Below, one piece after another: positions 15,448 through 31,800 of a stretch of DNA of 64,000 bases. A program made the position numbers and the translations under genes. The stretch is taken from the NCBI RefSeq assembly GCF_009914755.1, contig NC_060927.1. One strand, given 5' to 3'. Each line of letters opens with the position of its first letter. Within the stretch, counting starts at the first letter, position 1. The notes beneath the pieces are model-generated. The model did not search any database. It was not told the DNA's origin and saw only the letters and a list, made by a program, of their open reading frames with translations. The stretch is from the human T2T-CHM13v2.0 reference genome, Homo sapiens.

Positions 15448-15889
15448 TGTAGTGAGTTTAATGGTGATCTCTCCAAAATACAGGTCCTCCTCCTAATTCC
15501 TGGAACCTATGCATGTGACTTTATTTGAAAAAAGAGCTTTGTGAGTGTAAGTAAGAATCTTGGTGGGTTAACCAGATGGGTCCTAAATTCAATGACACGT
15601 GTCCTGATAAGAGACACGCAAAGGAGAGGCACAGGAAGAAGAGCAGAAGGCCATGTGAAGACAAAAGCAGAGATTACAGTTCTACAGCCACAAGCCAAGG
15701 AATGACTGGAGCCACCAGAATCTGAAAGAGACAAGGAAAATGTTTCCATAGAGCCTTTAGAGGGATGTGGCCCAGCTGACAGCTTGATTTTGACTTCTTG
15801 CCTGTAGAACTACAGTAGGATACATTCTTGTGGCTTTAAGCCACTAATTTTGTGATACTTTCTTACATCATCCCTAGGAAAGTAATACA
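15448..15889 (+). mobile_element. MLT1B/C-like MaLR LTR nested in the 3' end of the preceding LTR
   Basis: tgtagtg...cctggaacctatgcatgtgactttatttg...ggccatgtgaagac...ctaggaaagtaataca. The remainder of the host LTR end (cagtaaaaataca) follows it. Confidence 0.8.
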
Positions 15890-16159
15890 GACTGCAGTAA
15901 AAATACACCTTGGTAGCAGCAATGCCAGGACTCATTCCGAAACAATCTGGAAGTGATGCAGATCCCTGGCCTTGGGAGGACACCTGAGTTGGCTCCAGTA
16001 GTGAGGCAGGCCCTTACTTGGTCTGGCCTATCGCACATAAGAAAGTGCTGAGGTGATTCTTGGACCTCTCAGGAGACGGCATCGCTAAGGCAATAAAAGA
16101 CAGGAGTTCTTGTCAACATGGAAAGGTGGTTACTAAAGCAGTGACAATAACAAAGCTGG

Positions 16160-16905
16160 ACAATAATAGCTAGTGCTTACTCATGTGAGGCACTATTCTA
16201 AGCACTTAACGTATATTAATCCACCCATTCTCTACAACAAATTTCTTAAGTAGGTAGTAAAAATACTCCCCATTTTGTAGATAAGGGAACTGAGGCACAG
16301 AGAGATATAACTTTCCCTTTGCTGTTTTTCTGTATTGATTTATGAAAAGTTATATATTAAAAACTTTATATATTGTATATAAACATGTTTTGCAAGCTTT
16401 TTTTAGTTTGTCTTTTGACTTTTCTCATGATATATATTTTTAATATCCTAAATATTATTTAGTTATGTGTACTGGTCTTCTGTATTTTGTATATTGCTTA
16501 GAAAGGGCTTTTTGTTTTTAAGGCTTAAAAAATAAATCACTTGCTTTAAGAAAAATATTTACATTTTGGTTCATCCAAAATTGTTTTATAAAGATGGGGA
16601 TAGGAATCCAACTCTCCTTGCCCCCTGCCAAATAGTTGATCAGTTTATCCCTAATGATCCTTCGTCTAGCAATCTGGATGATTTCTGGAGATTCCTCAAA
16701 GTCTAACAGTTTATAATTCTAGAAGCTAAGGATTATAATTAATCTCTGACAAATCATTGGGCATAGCAAAGACTAAGTTTTGGATTTTAAGCAGATATGA
16801 ACACTTTATTAACAGATTCATCATGTGGATGGGTTGGGAATATAGACTCTTTCTAATAATGGCTGCATTCAAACCCAGGGAGTCCTAGCCACTAGGCTAC
16901 AGTGC
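16160..16905. mobile_element. MIR split by a 534-bp inverted copy (MIR parts about 16160-16317 and 16852-16905)
   Basis: cccattttgtagataagggaactgaggcacagagagatataactttccc breaks off. The MIR continuation taatggctgcattcaaacccagg resumes after 16851. Confidence 0.75.
16318..16851. repeat. Left arm of a 534-bp inverted repeat
   Basis: Reverse complement of 19302-19835, with about 8 differences counted by eye. Confidence 0.97.
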
Positions 16906-16925
16906 GTCTAAAGTGAGCTAATTTG

Positions 16926-17269
<344 letters not shown>

Positions 17270-17284
17270 CTACTTTGAGCCCTC

Positions 17285-17535
17285 AATAATAACAATAGTA
17301 ATAAGAGCTAACATTTGCAGAGTACTTAGGGACCAGACACTGTTCTAAGCATTTTACACATATCCATTCATTTTTATCTATATAATAGCTCTATAAGAGA
17401 CAGCCTATTGATATCTGCGTTTTGCAAAGGGACAAACTGAGATACAGAGAGGTTAAGCAACTTGCTAATGCTCTCAGCAACAAATGCAAGAATTTCAGCC
17501 CTGATTTCCAAGCCATGGACTTAACCATTTAGCTA
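17285..17535. mobile_element. MIR
   Basis: gctaacatttgcagagtactta...ccagacactgttctaagc...aaactgagatacagagaggttaagcaacttgc. Confidence 0.8.
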
Positions 17536-17789
17536 TACTATTTGGGGAAATTTTATTTGTACCCTAAATGAAAAGGAGGTGAAGTCTTTTTTTTTTTCAT
17601 TAAAAATTCAAATTCATCTTGACAAACTGTCAAGACAATCTCTGATGAGAATTCAAACTTAAAGAAAAAGCTGAAAGTCCTAGGGACCCAACGATCCATT
17701 AGTGTCATTCAGTGCTCTGCAGAGTTTAGGTGATATTAACAAGAGATATCACAGAGTAGTTGCTGGCAAAAAATTTATTATCTAATAGA

Positions 17790-18020
17790 TCTAGTGTTGA
17801 GTCAACAATTTACTACAAACTAACTGTATGACTTAGGCAAGTTATTTTCCTTTTAAATATCAATGTTTTATTTGTAAAATGTGAATAATAATACCTATTT
17901 CCTAGTTTTGTTTCGAGGTTAAATAAGATAATTTATTATTTAACTACTTATGTCACTACTCACAGTGAATTATAAAAAGACCTTAAGAAACGTCAACAAC
18001 TGTTTTTAATAGTTATTATT
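17790..18020. mobile_element. MIR, opposite orientation to its neighbours
   Basis: ctgtatgacttaggcaagtta...tttgtaaaatgtgaataataatacctatttcctag. Confidence 0.7.
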
Positions 18021-18530
18021 ATTAGCTGTATCAGATAATTTTCAATAATTGGTCAGGTTGCGCATGAATTTTATAACATTTTTGTGCACCTATTATACAT
18101 GTACCTGGAATTGTATGAGAACTTGAGAATACAGATCTAAATAAGAAAACGTTCATATTTTCAATAAGCTCAGAGCTTACGAATTTATTTTTTTATAAAC
18201 GCTACAATATTAAACTTCAACAAAAACACTAAGTAGGCATTGATGAAATGCTTAACAGTAGCCAGTATTTTCAGCTTTACTAATAATTTTACAAATTTAT
18301 TCAAAAAGTATTTGAGTTCCTTCCATGGGACCAGTTACTGTGCTAAGAGGCTGGTGAAATGATACAAAAATGATAAAAACAGTATTTGTTGACAGAGGCA
18401 AGAGAGCAATTGGAAGATTGTGATAATTGCTAATAAAATAGGTATCTTACAAGAGGGAGAAGGAAATTTAGCCTACTTTTTGCATCGTAAGTGTTTCATT
18501 TGGAAAGTAGGTAAATTTTAACTTCTCTTG

Positions 18531-18594
18531 TGATAGTCCAATAATTTTAACTGTAGTTGTTTGATAGTCCAATAATTTTAACTGTAGTTGTTTG
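18531..18594. repeat. Perfect 31-bp tandem duplication
   Basis: tgatagtccaataattttaactgtagttgtt x2. Confidence 0.95.
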
Positions 18595-19079
18595 CTTTGT
18601 ATGAGGAGGTGATGTAGATCCATGGTGATGCCACCAGAAAGTAGAACCTGGAAGATGCATTGCCTATGCACTGCTTTGGGTTCTGGGACTAGAGCTCACT
18701 GCACCTCCCTCAACCCCCTGAAAAATGAAAATGACACGAATCCAGTGGCAGACATTTAACTATTCACTCTGTGAAGTTTTCTGGAAAGCAGTATTTATGC
18801 TTTATTTTATATTTACATTTATTTATCGAAAAATCAATAGTTCACCTGTGACAGAACTACCAGCATCGCCACTCTCTTTTGTCTCCTTATAGGTTAGGGG
18901 CAGGAAGACACAGAATGGTTTTAGGCAGGTTTATTTCTTAGAAGAAATCATGGAATCATGGAATCATAGACACCCACCTATGAGCAAGATTGACCAACAT
19001 GGCTGCAATGAGTGGAATAATTCATAAAATAGCCTGTTTGTTTTCTAACTACTTTAGTAATAATAATGTAGTAATTTTT

Positions 19080-19320
19080 ATAATAATAACTTTTATGTAG
19101 CATTTACTCTCTGCCTGGAAGTGTTTTAGACAATACTTGAACTCATATATTAACCCATTTAATTTCCAAGATGGTCTTATGATTTAGACGCTACTATTAC
19201 CCTTGATTTACAGATAGAGAATCTGAGGCACAGAGAGGGTAAGATGTCAAACATCACACGGCTAGTAAGTGGCAAATATGGAATTTGAACTTGATGGTCT
19301 CAAGAGTCTATATTCCCAAC
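19080..19320. mobile_element. MIR, continuous into the right arm of the inverted repeat
   Basis: tttacagatagagaatctgaggcacagagagggtaag...ctagtaagtggcaaatatggaatttgaac...agagtctatattcccaacc. Confidence 0.8.
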
Positions 19321-19835
19321 CCATCCACATGATGAATCTGTTAATAAAGTGTTCATATCTGCTTAAAATCCAAAACTTAGTCTTTGCTATGCCCAGTGAT
19401 TTGTCAGAGATTAATTATAATCCTTAGCTTCTAGAATTATAAACTGTTAGACTTTGAGGAATCTCCAGAAATCATCCAGATTGCTAGACGAAGGATCATT
19501 AGGGATAAACTGATCAACTATTTGGCAGGGGGCAAGGGGAGTTGGATTCCTATCCCCATCTTTATAAAACAATTTTGGATGAACCAAAATGTAAATATTT
19601 TTCTTAAAGTAAGTGATTTATTTTTAACCCTTAAAAACAAAAAAACCCTTTCTAAGCAATATACAAAATACAGAAGACCAATACACGTAACTAAATAATA
19701 TTTAGGATATTAAAAATATATATCATGAGAAAAGTCAAAAGACAAACTAAAAAAAGCTTGCAAAACATGTTTATATACAATATATAAAGTTTTTAATATA
19801 TAACTTTTCATAAATCAATACAGAAAAACAGCAAA
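19302..19835. repeat. Right (probable donor) arm of the 534-bp inverted repeat
   Basis: Reverse complement of 16318-16851; continuous with the MIR on its left and old L1 sequence on its right. Confidence 0.97.
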
Positions 19836-21150
19836 TAAAAATAGGTAGACATAAACACACAGTTTGCAGAAATACTGTTGAAAACAGATGACAGATTTTA
19901 AAATGCCCAACCTAAATACAAAAATGAGGCGTGGTGGCACATGCCTGTAGTTCCAGCTACTCAGGAGGCTAAGGCGGATGGATTGCTTTAGCTCAGGAGT
20001 TCCAGGCTGCAGGGAACTAGGATGATGCCATTGCAATCCAGCTTGGGCAACAGTGAGACCTGTCTCAATAAAAAATTTAAAAATAAGTAAAAATTCAAAA
20101 TTCCCAACTTTAATTATAATTAAAGCAATTCAAATTAAAATAGCAACATATAACCATTTTTCACAGATTGTAGAGGCAATAATGTTTTAGATGGTATAAA
20201 GAAAGAAGCATTCTAATACTTTCATGGTAGTTGAAGATGGAACATTTTTGGAGGACATATCAGCAGTATTTAGTGAAATTTTACTGCCTGTACACTATCT
20301 CCAATACCATATTGAGTAGAAGTGGTAAGAGCAGAAAACCGCCTGTTGTACCTAATTTTAGGGGGAAAGCACCCAGTCTTTTAACACTGAATATGTTAGC
20401 TGTGGAATTTATTGTAGTTGCCCTTTATCAAGTGGAGAATATTCCCTTCTCTTTCTAGTTTATCGAATGTTTTTATCATGAAGTGGCATTGAATTTTGTC
20501 AAATGCTTTTTCTGCATCTATTAAGATGACCATGTGGAGTCACTTAATTCTACTGATGAGCTATAGTACGTTAATTGATTTTCAGATGTTAAACATTATC
20601 AAAATTAAAAGATTTATTCAAACACACTTAGGTTCTTTGTGGAGAACTTCAGAGCTCTTTTTTCTTATAGACTTTCTCTCCCCTTGGGCTAAATCTCTGA
20701 GTTGCTTTCTGCACAGTGAACAGGGTGGTAGCCTCTTGTTTTCCTGGCTTGACTGTCCCAGCTTGGAACCTCTGTACTATGAGTGAGCTTGGGTGAAGGC
20801 AATTGGCTTCCAGTATTCTCAGGCAGCTGCACCTGGGGACCTAACTCGTACTAGCAGGGGCTGTGTGAAAAAAGGGAGCTCCTCACCTCCTGACCATACT
20901 CACCATGAATTTAGTCTCTCTCATTTAGAGCTGGAGGGGGTGAGACATGTTGGAGGCCTGCCCCTCTATTCAATAAGCAATCACAGTAATGCTTTATTGG
21001 AATCTGAGGGAAGAGGGAGCTCCATCTCTTTGGACACACTGGCCAGGAGAGGAGCATCATGCTAAGTAGGTGTGGGGAAGGAGAAGAGAGGACTGTGACC
21101 CCTTACCTCAGAAAATGCCGTTATTTGTCACTCTGTTCTCTGTGCTCCAC
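19640..21150. mobile_element. Mosaic of old L1M fragments (sense about 19640-20290, antisense beyond)
   Basis: gcaattcaaattaaaatagcaa (sense L1); ttgagtagaagtggtaagagcag...gaattttgtcaaatgctttttctgcatctattaagatga (antisense ORF2). Confidence 0.6.
19912..20096 (+). mobile_element. 5'-truncated AluJ (right monomer)
   Basis: aaatacaaaaat...ggcgtggtggcacatgcctgtag...gggcaacagtgagacctgtctc; TSD aaaatgcccaac / aaaattcccaac. Confidence 0.88.
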
Positions 21151-21535
21151 ATTGTATTCACTGTCACCAAATCATTTTAGCTGTGAAACGTTGATATGTG
21201 TGACTCTTTCCCCACTTGATTGAGCTCCTTAGGGACTTGTTCACCTGGAAACCCCACTGGAGACTAACACATAGCAAATGAGGAAGAATGTTGATAAAAA
21301 TGGCCAGAATTTCCAGGATTTTCACAGAATAAATATGGGGTTGATTGCCTTGAAAAGAATTCATTTACCTCCTACAAAGAAAATGAGTTTAAATAGATGA
21401 AATTTTTGAAGAGCATGTACAGAGACCAGACTGTTACTATACAAAGCTGCGGAGAAATGGACTAAGGAAATTTAAAGGCAATGCAGGTAAATGAGGGGAA
21501 AGTCTGCCAGTAATGAAAAGAAATTACAAATATAG

Positions 21536-21838
21536 GGCCGGGCACAGTGGCTCACACCTGTAATCCCAGCACTCTGGGAGGCCAAGGCAGGCAGATCATG
21601 AGGTCAGGAGTTCGAGACCAGCCTGACCAACATGGTGAAACCCCATCTCCCGTCTCTACTAAAAATACAAAAATTAGCCAAGTGTGGTGGTGTGTGCCTG
21701 TAATCCCAGCTACTCAGGAGGCTGAGGCAGGAGAATCACTTGAACCCGGGAGGCAGAGATTGCAGTGAGCAGAGGTTGCAATGAGCCTAGATCCCACCAC
21801 TGCACTCCAGCCTGGGTGACAGAGCAAGACTCCATCTC

Positions 21839-21869
<31 letters not shown>

Positions 21870-21922
21870 AAGAAAGAAAGAAAAAGAAAAAGAAAAAGAA
21901 AAAAAAAGAAAAGAAAAAGAAA
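21536..21922 (+). mobile_element. AluS with small internal duplications and a long A/GAAA tail
   Basis: Full dimer; duplicated gcagagattgcagtga/gcagaggttgcaatga; TSD gaaattacaaatata / gaaattgcaaatata. Confidence 0.93.
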
Positions 21923-22324
21923 ATGAAATTGCAAATATAAATTGTTCATCAGAACACAGCTGTCCTCATTCATAAGGTCAGCAAATCTACTTCAATTGAC
22001 TTTAAACCTAAAGGAGACTCATTAAATTTAGAGTCATTGTGGATATCTTTCAAAATAAGAACAATTGCTCATTCAAAATTGTCAAAGAATAAAGCTATTA
22101 AGGTCTGTGTAATCAAGTTTGCAGGTCTGCATGTATGAGGCATGAAAAAGATATTCTTAACCCAGAAATAGGACCTTTACAAAGATTACAAAAGAGAATG
22201 TGAAAAATTTTAGAAACAACTAGTCTTTTTATGAATTCCAATTGAGTAATAAACATTAAAATAAACAATAATCTTTATTGATAGAGAAAAGGGCTTGGCA
22301 TAAAATCTTACAGTTCATCTAATC

Positions 22325-22555
22325 CAAACTTGTCCAACCTGCGGCCTGTGGGGTGCATGTGGCCCAGCATGGCTTTGAATGCAGCTCAACACAACTTTGT
22401 AAACTTTCTTAAAACATTATGAGGGTTTTTTGTGTGTGTGATTTTTTTTTAAAGCTCAACAGCTATCATTCATGTTAGTGTATTTTATATGTAGTCCAAG
22501 ACAATTCTTATTTTTCCAATGTGGCCCAGGGAAGCCAAAACATTGGACACCCCTA
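22325..22555 (-). mobile_element. MER30 (hAT-Charlie MITE)
   Basis: caaacttgtccaacc...gtggcccagggaagccaaaacattggacacccct matches MER30 reverse complement; tctaatc duplicated on both flanks. Confidence 0.9.
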
Positions 22556-22729
22556 ATTCTAATCCAAAGTTGTCATGAGGGAAATAAATGAAGGAAATTA
22601 AATTGGAAGATATTATAACTGAACCAAATGTACAAAGCTAGTATTGGAGCACATAGAACTAGAAGATATAAATTTCCAGTTTAGTTGAGACTATTTCTCC
22701 TTGTATTCATATGATGTTGTTGTGATTGT

Positions 22730-22980
22730 TTATTATCTATTCACTAGTTAATCATTTATGGAGTATCTAACTGGGGACAGGCTGTTAGTATCTAACTGTT
22801 ATGGGTTGGGGCAGTATGTAAGGAACAAACAAAATTCTTACCTTCATGGAACTGATGTTCCAGGAGGAGGATACAGACAATGAACAAAGACAAATAAAGA
22901 TATATCAGGTATAAATCCTACAGGCAAATAAAACAGGAAAGAGCAATAGAAAGTGCTCGAGATGGGCAATTACTATTTTA
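22730..22980 (-). mobile_element. L2 fragment
   Basis: catttatggagtatctaactgg...ccttcatggaactgatgttccaggaggagg. Confidence 0.6.
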
Positions 22981-23132
22981 ATCCAAATTACTATAACTCA
23001 TAAAGAAAAATTACTCCTTTTGAAATTAATGAATCTCATATTCCAATCTATGTATGTCCTCTTATTCTCCCTTCCTCTTTCTTTCCTTTATTCTTTCTTC
23101 AACAAATCTTTCTTCATCATTCTTCTCTCAAA

Positions 23133-25683
<2,551 letters not shown>

Positions 25684-27106
25684 GAAATCTTGGAAATCTT
25701 GATTTGATGGGAAGCAATGAAAGCCCTTAGTTTTATTCATTTTGCTCATATAATATCAAAAGCAGTAGTTCCAAAACTTTGGCAGATAGAATTTTCCACA
25801 CCTTCACAGTCCTTCCTCCACTCAGTTTATTCTCCTAACTGGTTGATTCAAGTCTTTGTAAAGTCAGTACCTGTTTAGGGATTGTGTGGTCACAGTAGAA
25901 TGTCATTCTAGGGCTCAGGAACACATAACCAATAATAATCATGAATTTCCAGTCCAATTAGATGATTTTTATTCTTATATTTGTCATAAAATGAAGCCAC
26001 TGCAATATAATTTGAAAATTACCAACACCTTCTACCATATAGAATTTAATTCTTCTTTTGCAAAGTCTAATGACCATAGAGAGATGATAAGGCAGCTTTT
26101 TAAAGGCTTGGGGTAGTTGAGATAGCAATAAAAAGCAATAAATCAATGTTAGGTAAACAGAAGAAATAAAATGAACTAAAATTGTTTTAGGATTTTGGAA
26201 GTTTAGTTTTTTTCATACCAAAATCTCTAGGCATATAAAATCTCATGTAAATCAAAACTAATTTACTCTGCCAACTGGGTCTGTTTCCTTTGGGGTATTT
26301 TACACATTCTCCTCATGTTTCCAATTACAAAAAAAAAGCTAATTATCTTTAAATTAAGGCTTATCTGACAGCTGATTTTGCAGTAAACTTACAACAACAA
26401 ATTTATGTTTTCCCATGGCAATACCACAAGATATGGAAACATCATAATATTGTGTTAAGATATGACTGCATGTTTTTATAAGATGTAAAACTTTGTTCTT
26501 GACTATATATCACTGTATAAACTTAATTATAATCTTTAAAACCTAGAACTTGGATGAATATGTTTTGTGTATTCAATAAAGACTATTGGCTCATTTGAAA
26601 TGTCCTGAGTTGTTTCTGTTTCCACAGAAGCTTGTGAAAGAAAAGTAACTGGATATATATGTTCATCTTCAGCCTTCTAAGTCCCTGCTCAGTCATTGAA
26701 AGAGCTCCTGGCCAGAAGGTTGTATATGGTACTAGAGCTGAATACTATATCCCTTGCTCTTAATTCCTGGCACTGTCAATACATCAGCCAGGTGACCTTA
26801 AAATTATTCTATTCCCTCTTACTGTATTGCTTTATACAACCCTTTTCTGATCCACCTACATGATACTTTTCTGTCCAAAGCCATTATATTTTATGTTCAG
26901 TGGGCAGCATTACTAGTCAAGGCCTGTGACGGCTAACCTCTAGGGCATCTTCCTAATGAAATCTATTTCCTAATTGATTTATCAAGCCATATTCTTTCCT
27001 TCACCTGTTTACTTTCTTAGATTTATGTGTATTTTATCACAATTTTATTTAAAAAATCTGTTTGCCAATCTGAATGACCAAATATTTCTTTTTTAAAAAT
27101 ATTTCA

Positions 27107-27397
27107 GGCCAGACATGGTGGCTCACACCTGTAATCCCTGAACTTTGGGAGGCCAAGGTGGGTGGATCGCTAGATCAGGAGATCAAGACCATCCTGACTA
27201 ACACGGTGAAACCCCATCTCTACTAAAAATACAAAAATTTAGCTGGGCGTGGTCGTGGGCGCCTGTAATCCCAGCTACTCAGGAGGCTGAGGCAGGAGAA
27301 TTGCTGGAACCCGGGAGGCAGAGGTTGCAGTGAGCCCATGGCACTCCAGCCTGGGCGACAGAGCGAGGCTGTCAAAAATAAATAAATAAATAAATAA
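27107..27397 (+). mobile_element. AluSc/Y-like with (TAAA)n tail
   Basis: gagatcaagaccatcctgactaacacggtgaaaccc; TSD aaaaatatttca / aaaattatctca. Confidence 0.92.
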
Positions 27398-27866
27398 AAT
27401 TATCTCAAATTTAAGCATTTTACCAATATTTCCAAAACCATTTAATGGTTCGCCATGAAGAAAATAAAAACAATGTAAATGACTTAGCATTGCTTTCATG
27501 GCCTTCCATAGCATGATCTCATCTTATTTCTCTGAGATCTCCCAACTTGCTATTTCAACTCAGGCTATTTCAACTCTTTGTTTTCCAAATATGTCATTTA
27601 CTTCCATACTACCAATCTTAGCTAACTCATACTCCTTCTTCATTTTGAAAATCCCCCTTCTCATCTTGTAGGATAGAGGTAAAATGTTCCTTCTGCCCTG
27701 AATCCTTGTAGAATTCAGAAAGCTCCAATTACATCAGACTTCTCAACAAGCCCAAGCTGCTGCACAGACCGTCACAACCAATTCAAATAATTTTCTTTGC
27801 TATCTTTCATTAACCAATCAGAGTACATCTGGGCCCTCCCCTGCAAACAAATTTTTTGAAAAGCTT

Positions 27867-27899
27867 TATCTATCTTATCTATCTATCTATCTATCTATC

Positions 27900-27942
<43 letters not shown>

Positions 27943-27948
27943 ATCTAT
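27867..27948. repeat. Compound (TATC)n tetranucleotide STR
   Basis: Interrupted TATC/TCTA blocks, read directly. Confidence 0.95.
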
Positions 27949-28849
27949 AAAATTCATATATATTTCCCTCTGTGTCTTTCTACTTTCTGGCAGAGTGTTT
28001 TACATATAGTTGTCACACAAATGTTTGTTAACTTGTATAATGTACCAGGATACCAGGACTAGTAACTTTAGCGCCTGGATTATTTTAAGACACTACTTGA
28101 AGGTTTAAAGTAACAACCCTTATGACAGTACAGCAAATTGGCAAACAAGCAAAATAGGAATAAATTAGCTCTGTGCTAACTAAAAGCATTTTAAAAATTA
28201 CTAGTGTTAAATTACAAAATAATCAGTTTATTAAAATAAAAGCTTTGTCAATTTTAGACAATGGAATGATATATTTAGTAAATTTAGCACAATTGTTAAA
28301 GGAAAATTCCAGGTTCATGGAAGGTTATAAAATATGACTGTCCAAAAATTGGCCAGACCACGTTATAAATAAATGGATTTACTTTGGCTCACAATGTTAG
28401 TTCTTTCATGCTGCTCTTCTGTGTTACTCAACATTAGTCTTTGCAGGAATATAATAAGCTAGTTTTTGTTAGAAAGTCAGATTATAAAGCCAGTAACTGT
28501 TAGAAAATTTGGTTGGTCTCTGTGGAAACCAGTGTGTATGACTGGCATAAATGTTGTTAATGAGAATGACTGTGAAAATTTGACATTTGGTGTGATTTTC
28601 TGGCTTAACGTTAACTGAATTCTGTCCCATTCTACTATTTCATGTGTATCACTTGTGATTAAAAAACTAATAATCACAGTATCCCTTCCTTTATTCCCTT
28701 CCCTTTGTGGCAATAGGAAGATTTTTTTAATTCGTCATATTATGAGCTCTAGGTGAAAAAACTGAGGATAGAATCCCTTGGTCCTTTGTTATTGGACTCC
28801 ATTTCATCAGAAAATTTGGGTAGGATAATTTATTTAAAATTTTTAAATT

Positions 28850-31800
28850 GTAACTATTATAATAGTTGTAATGTATTTACTTAGTACAAGAGTCTAAAGT
28901 TTACAGAACTTGTACTGTAAGTTCTGTAACAGGAGGCCTTCCAATGAAAATTCTTTCCCCCATAAAATTGTCATCCAAACACCCACTTCTGGCTGGCAAC
29001 CGAGTCACCAGTTTTCTGCATAATTTCCCCAAAATGTTCAATACAAATAAGCAAAATGTGTATTTATTCTCATTTTATACTTTAGTTATACTAATCATAG
29101 CATCCTATACACATTTTGTTTGCCTTACTTTTTTTCCACTAATTTACCCTGAAGGCTATTTCATTTTGACATATAAAAGTCATCTTTTTCTGTATTTTCT
29201 CCCTTTCCCATTTTAAACTAAGGATTGTGTCATGCATATATAAGTCATGTTGCATGTATACATGTATAGAGCATATGCATCTATATAGCTTATGAAAGCT
29301 ATGTAGAGTACTAATGAGACAACCACCTGTGCAGCTACTTCTTGGATTAAGATATGATACTACCAATAAATTTAAAGCCCATTGTGCATCACTCTTCATA
29401 TTTCCTTTTATTTACCATCCAGAGTGTTTAAAAACTTGAAGTTTTATATTGAATACTCTCTTGCTTTTCTTCAATCTTACCACACATGTATGTAGATAAT
29501 TACTTATTTTCATATTACATGTGTTTGAGCAATAATAGAAATCATACTACATGTATTTTTCTATGGCATATTTTTCATATTATGTGTGTGATTAATCTAT
29601 GTTAATGCATATAATAGTAATTCATTAATTTTCATAATTACAGAGAGGAGCTAGCTAGGATTATCCATGCTCCTATTACAGAACATTTCAATTTATTTTT
29701 ACAATATTTTGCTGTTGTAAAAAGAAATAGTACTATAAACTTTTTTGTGTGTACCTCCTGCATATGTACCAGAATTCCTCTACATGTACCTAATGGTGAA
29801 GTTGTTGAGTCAAGGGGTATAAGCACCAACTTTTCTAGATACCAAATCTTTTTCCAAAATGTTTATGTGAATTTACACTCACCATCACCTTTCTCTACAT
29901 TCGCACAATACTTTTTAGTTTTGCCAGTCTAGTGAGTGTAAAACCGCATCTCATTTAATTTTCTTTTTCATTATTATATGTTAAGTTAGGAATCTTTTTA
30001 TGGGTTCGCTGGATGTTGATTTTTTTCTCTTCCTGGAATTACTTGTTCATGAGATATACCCACAGAAGACAGCATAAAACATACATGCATAATTTAAAGA
30101 ATAATTATAAAGCAGACTCTTGTGAAACTACAACTCAAGTAAAACTCAAAACATTTTCAGCATTCCAGAATCCTTTCATGTCCACTCCCCATTGCTCCTC
30201 ATTTATCATCCCAGAGGTAACCATTGTCCTGATTTTTATTGTGTTACGTTTTTTTGCTACTGTTTGTCATTTCATCATTTATATATATATTCCTAATCAA
30301 TACAGCTTAGTTGTGTCTATGTATAAATATTATAAAAATGGAACTATACTATATGAATCTTTTGCATCTTGTTCATTATTTCACATGCTTGGAAGATACA
30401 TACACATTCTTACGTGTAACTTCAGTTCATTCCTATTCAACGCTGTATAATATTCCATAGTAGAAACATAGCACACAGTTTATTCATTCCATTCTTTTAG
30501 AGACATTTTGATTGTGTCCACTTTTAGTTATTTCAATCCTATACAGATATTCTCATTTGTATTTCCTAGAACAGACAAAAGATATTTACTTCAGGAATAT
30601 ATTAGGAGTGAAATTGCTGAGTAATAGGGTATGACAATGTTCAGCTTATTTAGGTAGTGCCAAATTATCTTCCAAAGTGGTGGTATCAAAATTATATGTA
30701 CTGTGGTAGTCTGTGCCATTCCCTGTTTCTCCAATTCTATACTACTTTTTGGTCAAACTGTTTTCTTTCGTTTTTTCACCAATCTAACAGGTATCTAATG
30801 GCATCACTGTAGTTTCCATTTTCATGTTTCTTTTTAGCAGTACTTCATATTTTTAGTTGCCATTTAAATTTCCTGTCTTGTAAAAGGCCCTTTTTATTGA
30901 GTTATCTTTTACTTAAGAAATTTAGAAATTGTTGATGAGTTATTGGGTGCAGCACACCAGCATGGCACATGTATACATATGTAACTAACCTGCACATTGT
31001 GCACATGTACCCTAAAACTTAAAGTATAATAATAATAAAAAAAAGAAATTTAGAAATTGTTTATATAGTCTAGATATGAATCCTTTGTGAGTGTATCTGT
31101 TATAAATATCCTCTACCACTCAGTAGAGGATATCTTTCATTTTCATTATGATCTCTTTGGATTTAATTAATGCAGTAGAATTTGTCAGTTGCTTTCTTTA
31201 TATTTAATTTTGTATTGTGTTTCATTTTTTAAAAATCCTTTCTTATTTTGAGGTAATACAGGAATTGTCCTATACTACCACATAAAATTGCTATTAATCT
31301 TCTATCTGGAATTGATTTTTGTTTATAGATTGAGGTAGGGATCAAATTTTGTTCTTTTCCATGTGGATACCTAATTGTATTTTTAGTAAATAATTCATCT
31401 GATCCCCAAGACTTGACATGTGATTTGCCATGTACTTCTCTCATACATCCAGTTTTCATAATCATGTAGATCTATTGGGAACTTTCTTTCCTATTCCAGT
31501 GGTTTATTTGTCTGTGCTTTGCCTGTCTTAGTTTTTATTGCTTTAAAAAAAAAACAAACCACCTGGACACCCTGAATTTATTAATGTAAATTCTCCCACT
31601 TTCTTTATTCTTCCTACAGTGTGTTATGGCTGTCTTTGGTCTTTTTCATTTCCATAAATTAATTGAAACTTTCTTAATATTAAGCCATTTATACATGAAC
31701 ATATCTACTTACTCATTTAGGTTTAGTTTGCTTAAATAATTTTTAATAAAATATTTAATAAATTTATGTATAAAATGTTTCACATTTTTTGGTTTGGGTT

